Positions 35,986 to 44,700 of a stretch of 64,000 bases of DNA are shown in pieces. Source of the stretch: Clostridia bacterium (GTDB lineage Bacteria > Bacillota > Clostridia > Christensenellales > DTU072); NCBI GenBank assembly GCA_045601385.1, contig JAZRZM010000009.1, positions 41,666 to 105,665 of the forward strand. Reading direction: 5' to 3'. The translations under genes and the position numbers were made by a program. How positions within the stretch are numbered: the stretch's first letter is position 1; each line of letters begins with the position of its first letter. Under the pieces are notes generated by a model that was not told the DNA's origin, searched no databases, and saw nothing but the letters and a program-made list of their open reading frames with translations.

Positions 35986-36014
35986 ATTATAAAGAAAATA
36001 TATAAAAAAGTCAA
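35986..36014 (-). promoter_or_regulatory. consensus sigma-70 promoter positioned for a leaderless transcript
   Basis: Minus strand: TTGACT (36014-36009), 17-nt spacer, TATAAT (35991-35986). The A of the ATG (35979) is exactly 7 nt past the -10. There is no SD. Confidence 0.65.
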
Positions 36015-36018
36015 TATA

Positions 36019-36054
36019 TAAAAATGCGACCGATTTTTGCTTTCGTTTGTCGCA
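36019..36054 (-). terminator. putative terminator of the lipase operon
   Basis: Minus strand: TGCGAC / GTCGCA stem with an 18-nt loop, followed by TTTTT. Confidence 0.4.
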
Positions 36055-36084
36055 AAGAGCGCAAAGAAACGACGCGCCGTTTTC

Positions 36085-36756
36085 TTATCGGATGATCAGA
36101 TAATCTATGCGCATATTTTGGGCGGCGGCGAGGTCGCTTTGCGAGCCCAAGGCGCAGACAAGGTGGCGGTTTGAATGGGCTTTTTCGACGTAAGAGGCGG
36201 TTATTTTTGATATGGCTTGCGCGGTGTTGTAGCCGACCTGTGAAGTGAGGGCGGCGGAAAATTTTGTTTTTACCGCGACGACGCAAGGAATATGGCGGTT
36301 GACGCGTTCGTGCATTATTTCGGCGGCGTTGACGGAAGAAAACATAAAAAAGTATTCGTCGTACGCAAGAAAAGAGCGCACCGCGTCAAACAGGAGCGCG
36401 CATTCCCGTTCGTCCGCGCCCTCGGGCACTTCGACAAAGAGGCGTTTGCCGTATTTCGCGACGGTTTTGGCGACCGTGGCGAGAGACATATCGCCGCATT
36501 GCCGCTTGCCGTCCACCGCGACGCTTATGCCGGCGTACTCTTTGGTTTTCAATGCGGTAGTCAGCGTTTGGTCGGTTACGGTTTCGAGAGAAATAATCTC
36601 ACGCGTGGCGACGTAACTTTTATAGTCTCCGGAGACGATTTTGTTCGTCGTGACGTACGCCATACAAATCCACGCAAAACAAAGCGCGAAAACAAGAAGA
36701 ATAGCCGTAACGCGTACGGCTATTCTCGCTTTCGGTGAAAGTTTTATTTTTTTCAT
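36085..36756 (-). CDS. membrane-anchored hypothetical protein (weak GDPD-like C-terminal resemblance)
   Basis: N-terminal TM VRVTAILLVFALCFAWICMAYV. Starts 1 nt after the lipase-like gene stop. No catalytic motif recognised. Confidence 0.6.
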   Translation of the reverse strand: MKKIKLSPKARIAVRVTAILLVFALCFAWICMAYVTTNKIVSGDYKSYVATREIISLETVTDQTLTTALKTKEYAGISVAVDGKRQCGDMSLATVAKTVAKYGKRLFVEVPEGADERECALLFDAVRSFLAYDEYFFMFSSVNAAEIMHERVNRHIPCVVAVKTKFSAALTSQVGYNTAQAISKITASYVEKAHSNRHLVCALGSQSDLAAAQNMRIDYLIIR

Positions 36757-36757
36757 G

Positions 36758-38491
36758 TTATTTCACACCGAACGAAGCCGTACCGAGTTGGTACACAGCG
36801 TCCGTGATGACGACGGTTTTTGCACTGTCGCCGACAAAAGCGTATCCGTCGGGTACCGCCGTGATTTTGACGGTATAGGAACCCGTTTTCGCTACTTTGG
36901 TTTCATAATAGCCGTTTGCGGCGGTCGTGCCGGTGGCGATTACGTTTCCGTTTTCGTCGACGATTTCATACGTCGCACCCGACAGGTGGTCGCATAGGCG
37001 TTCGTCCATTTCGCCGTTTTCGTTGCGGTCGAAGTAGACAAAACCGGCTATTTTCGCCGAGTCGTGCAGGTCGAGCATGACGTCGATAGGTTCGCTTTCC
37101 TGATAGTCGTTGGAGTAGTCGCCTTTTTGCAGGCGGCCGTTGTTACGGTAGGTCGAATAGAAAGACACGACGTAGTCGTCGTCTACCGTGTCGAGGGTGC
37201 CGTTGAAGTCGACGTTGTATTTGATACCGTTACGGGCAAACGAATTGACGTAAGGCATATTCATACAAAGGACGGGTTCTTTCAGTTCGGAACCGGGCGT
37301 AGCGAGCGCGGGCGCTTGGTCGTACAGCATAGCGTCCTTGCCGGTGTAATAATCGGAGAACCAAGACCAGCCGTAATTATGAAGGGCGTCCATCGGGTTG
37401 TCGAACAGAGGCGTGCAGGACAGTTCCATGTGCGCGTAAACGATATTGTTGATAAAGTTCCAATAAGCGGCGGTCAGTTTTTCGTCGAACGTGGGGAAAG
37501 TCGCGGGATAAGCGACGGTACGGGAGATACGGAACATACGAACGCTGATACCGAGTTCGCGCGCGGCGAGAGCCGTTTTGTACATGACGTTCGGGATATT
37601 GCCGTCGTATATATTTTCGTTGTTGGGCGTATCTTCGCCACCGAGCCACGGCACGCAGCCACCCCATTCGCTTGCCGAGACAAACGGGTCGAGCATAGTC
37701 ACTTTATCGGGGAGCATATATGCCGGAATCAGTTGATTTTTGAAAGAATACGTAAGCAGACTGGTCAGAGCCATCGTCAGGTTGCCGCCGTAAGAGTGTC
37801 CGAAAATCTGAATTTCCGAGCCGCTGTAATCGGGGAAGGCGCTCATCAGGTCGTAATAGTACGCGCCGAACATTTCGGCGACGTTGTGGTTGGGCAGGTC
37901 GTCGTAAACCCAGTGTTCGTTTTCGTCGTCGTCTTCCCATTTCCAACGGGAACCGGTGCGTACGACGCCGTTTTCTTCCCACGTATAGTCCTGTTGAAGC
38001 CAAACGCTGTTGGAAATACGGACGACGTTGCCGTTATCTTCGTCGGCGTACGCGCCCCAAATGAAAGCGAGCACGTTATAACCGTCGGCATAATACAATT
38101 CGGGATCGTCGGCAAACGCGCCCCAACCCATACCGTGGACGGAAATCATAACCTTTTTGGTGGGATCAAAAAGGTTTTTGCCTTCTTCGGTGTCGGTGCG
38201 GACATAGTCGCGATCGGTACCCGATGCCGGATCGTAAATGTACAGACCGAGCCGTTCGAGCATGTGTTCGGGAAAAACGATATCGTCAAGGGTGACGAAC
38301 TTCGTCATCGTCTTGTCCTCTTCCGAAAAATAACAGCCGACGTCGGCGAGCGTTTTTCCGACGCGCGTTTCTTCGGCGGGTTCGTCTTTGTGGAAAAGAT
38401 TATCGATAAAATCGCATCCGATAAGACCGAGCGTCATGACGGCGCAGAGGCAGACTGCCGTCACTGTTAAAAGCAGTTTCGTTTTCTTCAT
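36758..38491 (-). CDS. secreted alpha/beta-hydrolase (lipase-like) lipoprotein with C-terminal SdrD-B/Cna-B-type domain
   Basis: Lipobox LIGC. Nucleophile elbow FGHSYGGN. C-terminal YFDRNENGEMDE...GYYETKV..GSYTVKI..PDGY pattern. AAGGAG RBS. Confidence 0.8.
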   Translation of the reverse strand: MKKTKLLLTVTAVCLCAVMTLGLIGCDFIDNLFHKDEPAEETRVGKTLADVGCYFSEEDKTMTKFVTLDDIVFPEHMLERLGLYIYDPASGTDRDYVRTDTEEGKNLFDPTKKVMISVHGMGWGAFADDPELYYADGYNVLAFIWGAYADEDNGNVVRISNSVWLQQDYTWEENGVVRTGSRWKWEDDDENEHWVYDDLPNHNVAEMFGAYYYDLMSAFPDYSGSEIQIFGHSYGGNLTMALTSLLTYSFKNQLIPAYMLPDKVTMLDPFVSASEWGGCVPWLGGEDTPNNENIYDGNIPNVMYKTALAARELGISVRMFRISRTVAYPATFPTFDEKLTAAYWNFINNIVYAHMELSCTPLFDNPMDALHNYGWSWFSDYYTGKDAMLYDQAPALATPGSELKEPVLCMNMPYVNSFARNGIKYNVDFNGTLDTVDDDYVVSFYSTYRNNGRLQKGDYSNDYQESEPIDVMLDLHDSAKIAGFVYFDRNENGEMDERLCDHLSGATYEIVDENGNVIATGTTAANGYYETKVAKTGSYTVKITAVPDGYAFVGDSAKTVVITDAVYQLGTASFGVK

Positions 38492-38519
38492 AAATGTTTC
38501 TCCTTAACTTTATACAAAT

Positions 38520-38548
38520 ATTGTATCATATTTTTTTTTCGATATCAA
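38520..38548 (-). promoter_or_regulatory. sigma-70 promoter of the lipase-like gene, with an A9 tract in the spacer
   Basis: Minus strand: TTGATA (38548-38543), 17-nt spacer containing A9 (38539-38531), TGA-TACAAT (-10 at 38525-38520). Confidence 0.6.
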
Positions 38549-38549
38549 C

Positions 38550-38583
38550 TTTCGTCGGCGCAAATAAATGTGCTATCGGACGC
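38550..38583. repeat. 33/34-bp direct repeat, copy A
   Basis: TTTCGTCGGCGCAAATAAATGTGCTATCGGACGC. Near-identical to copy B and abuts the -35 of the lipase promoter. Confidence 0.7.
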
Positions 38584-38742
38584 GCGGAGTGGCATAAGTG
38601 CGTTTATTTTTTGCGAAAACGGAGCGTAGACGTACTGACGTACGTTAGTCGACGTTTTCACAAAAGCCGACGAAAACTTTAATGTAGAATCCGCTTTCTT
38701 CTTTTTGCATTACGCATTATGTCTCATAACCTTTCTTTCCGT

Positions 38743-38775
38743 TTTCGTCGGCGTAAATAAATGTGCTTAGGACGC
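38743..38775. repeat. 33/34-bp direct repeat, copy B
   Basis: TTTCGTCGGCGTAAATAAATGTGCTTAGGACGC. Its first 12 nt are also the inverted complement of GCCGACGAAAAC at 38666-38677. Confidence 0.7.
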
Positions 38776-38782
38776 TCCTGCT

Positions 38783-41700
38783 TTATGCTACGGCGACGTT
38801 ATACGAGACGGCAAGAGAAATCGTATAGGTAACGGACGCGATATTGACGCGGTCGGTTATCGTCGCGATAATCGCGGTCGAACCGGAGTTCTGCGCGGTA
38901 ACGAGTCCGCTCGCATTAACGGCGGCGCAGGCGACGGAACTGCTTTGATAAGCGATCGACGTCGGCGCGTAGGCTTCGCCGTCCTTTTCAAAAGAAAGGG
39001 TATTGCGCGTCGTCGAACCGCGTGAAAGGACGACGGACGGATTCTCGAAGAAGGCGTAGATAAAGGTCGCGCCGTCGAGGGCGTCGTTGCCCGCTCCGAA
39101 CCGTGCTATGTCGTACGAGTCGCTGCCGACAATATATACGTAAAGAAGAGCGTCACAGCCCGAAAGAGCGTTTGCACCGACCGAGGTTACGCCGGACGAC
39201 ATACCGAGGAGTCGCAGATTTTCGCATCCGAAAAATGCCGATTGTCCGATCGTTTTTATGCTTGCGGGCAGGCTGACTACGGTCAGTTTAGCACAACCGT
39301 AGAACGCGCCTTCGGGCAGGGCGGTAAGACCGGTCGAGAAGGTCGCTTCTTCCAGAGCCGACGCGTTTTGGAAAGCGTACGAGCCAAGAGAAGTCAGCGT
39401 CGAGGGGAAAGCCACTCTCGTGACGGACGACTCGGCAAAAGCGTGTGTGTCGACGGACGTAAGCGTGGACGGCAGTTCGAGCAGACGAATCGAAGCGCGC
39501 ATAAAGGCGTACGCGCCGATTTTCGTAATGCCGGCGGCAAGAGATACCGAGGTCACGTAGGGGGCGTCCTTGGCAAGTTGGGTATACGTAAGGTATGCCG
39601 GGACAGTGGCAAGCGCGTCGAATCCGAACGCGATGCCGCTTTGTTTATCGCCCGAGCGGAAAAAGATCTCCGAGGAAGCGTTCAGCGTGATAAAGGCTTT
39701 CCAGGTTACCTTTTTCAGAGAAGTAAGGTACCCGAACGCTTTTGTCCCGATACTTGCCGAAGTAAAGGACGGCACCGACAGTTCGGTGACGGCGGTACAA
39801 CCGTAAAAGGCTTTTGTGCCGATCGACGTCAAAGACGACGGCAGGGTGACATACGTAAGCGCGACGCAGTCGGAGAACGCGCCCGTACCGACGGTCTTTA
39901 CTTTCGATCCGAACGTGACGACGGATAGATCCGCGCAGGAAAGGAAGGCGTAGTCGCCGACGGTGACGAGGTTCGACGGCAAGGAGATTTCGGGCAGAGA
40001 CGACATAGCGAAAGCGTATTTTCCGATAGAGGTCTGCGCCGAGCCGAACGTGACGCGCGACAGATTTTCGCACTGATAAAAGGCGTAGTCCGATACCGCG
40101 GCGACATTGTTTGAGAAAGTGATGTTTTTCAGAACGTAGTTTTTGGCGAAAGCGTATTTGTAGAGCGAATAGGTCGGATGGACTCTGTTGTATTCGCTCG
40201 GCATAACCGCGCTGCTTTCCTGCCCGATATAGCCGAGCAGATAGTATTCGCCGCCGACGTACATAAGCAGGAATTTTTTGTCGATTTCGTCGTCGAACTT
40301 CAATTCCGAAGCGTCCGTCGTGACGATACGCAAAGCGTATTTTGCCACGCTTCCGTAGTTGTTTTGTCCCATATTGAGCACGACCGAACTTATGTTGCGG
40401 ACTTCGACGAGTTTTTCGCAACCGACAAAGCAGTCCTCTTCGATTTCGCGTTTTCTTATTTTGCGGTACACTTTTTCGCCGTCGAAAGTATACGTCACCG
40501 AATTGACCGTCAGCGTGTGCGCCGCATGATTGATCGAGCCGACGTTTTTGAGAATCGTTCCGTCGTTTTCGTAAAAGTATTCGATTCCGCCGAGCGTGAT
40601 TTTTTGCAGTCCTTCGTCGATGACGCCGGCGTTCTGCAAGTTTTCGTCATACAGCATTCCGCCGTTGTACGAATAGTTGTTTTCGTTCAGAACGATCGAT
40701 TTTTCGACGGTATTGACCGAGCCGACCGCCGTTTTTATTTCGGTGCCGGACAGATAATAATCGACGTCGGAGACAGAAAAACGGTTTTCCGCCAAGAAAA
40801 TATCGCCGACGTACATATCGGTATAGATGCCCGTTTCGTCGCCGCTTTGACCGTACGAATAAGTAACGCTTCCTACGGTGAAACTCTTTTCGGCGACGTC
40901 GATGGCGCCGTGTTCGCGGTCGATATAGATTCCGCCGTCTTTCAGATAGTATTCTTCGTCGGCTGTGAGGATATCGTTATCGACGTCGATAAACGCGCCG
41001 TCTACGACGTAGTCGTGCGTTTTAGAAACGGACGAGTAGACTTTGTTTTGGTTGAAATACAGTTTCGTTTCGTCGATAAAGACGACGCCCGATTTCGGGG
41101 AAACGGTGATTTCGTCGGCGAGCGTGGCAAGGTCGCTCGACGTGTACACTTCGCCGCTTTCGTTGTAATAGTAGTAGGTCGAATAGACGCTGTACGTGTT
41201 GTTTTTTAGGCTGATCCGAACGCTCGACAAAATGTTTTTGAAATCCCTGTCGGCGTAAACGTAGCCGAATTTGTCGAAGTAATAAACGCTTCCGACGCTG
41301 ACTTTAACCGTCCCTTCCTGCGAAACGACGGCGCCGTTTACCTTGCTTATTTCGTTCATTTTGCGGTCGGTAAATACTTCGTATTTATCGTTATAATAAT
41401 AGGTCGCGAAAGGCACGTTGTACGCGCCGTCCGTCGTCGATACGCTCATACCGGCAATAAGGCTTGTTTTGCCGCTGTCCGAGTATACTTTTCCGGCGTC
41501 GTCGAAGTAGTACGTCGTACCGCCGTGCGTAAAGGAGTACCCGGTGCGGTTAAACGAGTTTGTCGTCAGAGCGTGCTTGTCCTGGTCGGCGTAGACGAGA
41601 TCGTTCGTATAGTAAAAACGGTCGTAAACGGTGCAAGTCTTTGCCGTCGTGTCGAACGAAACGTGTTTTTCCTGCGTCGTCAGGGCGTTCGACGTGTAAA

Positions 41701-44700
41701 CGGTTCCGTCCGTCACGTAAGAAAGCGAACGCATGGTCGGGAAGACGAAGTAGCCGTTCGAGCGGCACACGTATGCGCCCGCGTATTCGTCGGACATCGC
41801 CGGGTCTGTATAAACGGGCGCTTTGGCAAGCGCGCTGTTGAAGTAGTACGTCGTGCCGTTCATCATAAGGGTGGACGGCGTGGCGATCACGTTTATTTTG
41901 TATTTGTCGGCGTCGAGCAGCGCGTCGGGCGTTTTTGCATAACTTGTATATACGTTGTTGCCGTTGAAGAAATAAACGACGTTGATCGGGAGAGTGGCGT
42001 CGCGCGCGATACCCATGTTTTCCACGGGAGAACCCGTCAGCGCTTCGTTCGTATAGTATTTTCCGTCCTGTCCCGCGAAGTAGCGCGTCGTATGGACGGA
42101 ATAGGTCATCTCGTTTACGTCGATTTCGGTGCCGCCGACGCGGTTTGTCAAAGCGGCGTCACGGTAGACAAAGCCGTTATCGGTGTAATAATAAGTGACG
42201 TCCGTCGGGAAAGCGATCGTTTTCAGTGTCGTATTGATGCCCGACGAAGAGTCGATACGCGTCGTCGTGCCGTACGAATAGATATAACCGTTCGTCGCGT
42301 CGTAAGAATAACTGTTTCCGTTCAGAATGAAAACGCGGTTGGTCAGGTCGATAGAGGCGTCTTCGACGGGTTTGTATTTCGTTTGGTCGTAATAGATTTT
42401 TCCGTCGGCGCCGTAATAATACAGAGGATGTTCGGTAATCGTCAGCGTCTTGGATACGCGCATACCGTCGATAAGGGCGGTTTTTGCCGAATCGGAATAA
42501 ACTTTTCCGTCGCCGTCGTAATAATACGTTTTGCCGAGCACGTTAAACGACGTGGAAATCGCGTTCATCAGACTGCCCGAGTAGTTGTTTCTTCTTTCGC
42601 TGTCGGCAAACATACTGCCCGTACTGTCAAAGTAATAAGATAACGCTTCGGGCAGGTAAACGCTTTTTACTTTCTTGAAGTCGTCGTTAAAGTCGATATA
42701 CGCGCCGACCAAGGGCTTTTCGCCGATAAAGACGGCGCATTTTTCGCCGTAATAGTAGGTCGTGCCGTCGATTGCGTAGGAATTATCGGCTTCGCTAACG
42801 GAAGCGTTTTCGACGACGAGCGTTTTCGTCGAATTACCGTAAACGGTCGCGCCGTCGTAATAATAGGTGTACATCATCGGCATAACGATCGATTTTGCCG
42901 ACGTATCGATGGACGCGCCGACATAGGGAGACTGATTTTCCCGATCGAAGTAGACTGCCGAGCCGTTATAGTAATACGACGCCCCGCCGGGTACGACGAT
43001 GAAAGACCGCGAAGCGGTGTTGATGCTCGTGTTCAGAATTCTGTTGTGCAGACCGACGTCGGAATAAATGGCTCCGGCGGTGTTGTAATAGTAAGTAACG
43101 GTCCCGGCATAGGTAAATTTCTTTTCGGACGGATCGAAACAGACGTCTTCGACCTGAACCGTTTTTTCCGCGTTTGCGAATACGGCGCGTTTGTTTTTAT
43201 CGAAAGTGTAGACCTTTTGTCCGATTTCGATGACGCCGTCCGTTACCGATATCGAAGAGGCGGGGAGGGCGTAAGGCGAATCGAGCGAGGGATCGGCGTA
43301 CAAAGTACCGTCGTCGTAATAATAATCGACGTCGTTTAAGGTGAACGTGAGGTCGCTCTTGTTGATCGTGCCCACGTTGTCCGGTCCGTAAATCGTGCCG
43401 CTGTCGCCGTAATAATAGGTCGTACTGCCGAGCGTAAGGCTTCGCGCGGATACGTCGATCGTGCCCTCATTACCGTTCAGTCCGCTGCCGAGGAGAACGG
43501 TAACAAGGTTAATGCAGTTCCGAAAAGCGCCCACGCCGAGAGAGGCGACGGCGTTACCGACGGTCAAAGAATACATAAGGTAACACTCGGCAAAGGCGTA
43601 TTCGCCGACCGTTTTCGTGCCGCCCGGCAGGACCGTTTCGATAAGCCCCGTATGGAAAAAGGCGTAACGGGGGATCTCTTTGAGGGCGGAAGAAAATTCT
43701 ACCGAGCGCAGACCGGTGCAATTATAGAAAGCGTATTCGCCGACCGAACGCAGTTCTCCGCCGACGGTAAGGGCGGTCGAAGAGCAGTTGAAGAAAGCGT
43801 ATTTTCCGACGTTTTCGACCGAAGAAGAAAGAGTAACCGTTTGCAAAGAAGAACATTCGTAGAAAGCGTATTCGGGTATGGCGTCGCAGGAAATGACGTT
43901 GACGGCGGTAAGGGACGGGGGAAGAACGAGCGCGTTTTGCTCATAACCGTCCGCGCCGAACAAGAACCCGAGATAGCCTTCTTCGTTTTTCGATTTGCCG
44001 ACGACGGGCAAGGTAAGATCGACCAGTTTCGTGCAGGTGTCCAGAAGATGCGCGCCCATTGTGCGCACGCTGTCGGGGAAGGTCAGCGAAGTGAGATCGA
44101 CGCATTTTTCAAAGGCTTTGTCGGCGATTACCACGGTGTTTGCCTGTACCGACAGTTTCGTCACAGCCGTTTCTTTCGTCGGAGCGACTTCGATCAGATA
44201 GTATTTTTCGCCGTCATCGTCCCTTGTGGGCAGGTATAACGAGACGTTGTTCCAGTTCTTTTTATCGTTGTAAAAAGCGGTGTTATAAAAAGCCTTTTCG
44301 CCGACAGAACGGACGGAAAGGGACATATCGATCGTTTCGAGGGTGGCGCAGTCGGCAAAGGCGTTCTTTCCGATGGATTCGACGGAGGACGGAATGACCA
44401 GGTTTACCATTTGCGGATAGTAAGAACTCATCGCGAAAGCGAAGTCTCCGACGGCGTAGGAAGTCACTTTTTTGCCGTTACAATCAAACGTAAGGGGGAG
44501 AGAAATCTCCGTCCGCGACGTCTGTTTGTAGCCGATAAGATAACCTTTTTCGTCGTAGTAAGCATAGACAAAGTCGTCGTCCGAGTCGATCACGGTCGGC
44601 GCGGAAAAATCGTCGGTATGTACGACGGTGGCGGAAAAATCGGCGGAGCCGTCGTTGGGACGGTACACTTCGAAGATATGGGTGTTTTTCAGAATATCGT

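Noticed and set aside
40460-43460. Choline-binding / cell-wall-binding (CW_binding_1) repeats in the giant protein
   Set aside because: The period is about 36 aa rather than about 20 aa, and the conserved GW dipeptide is missing. Only the aromatic-rich hairpin flavour is shared.
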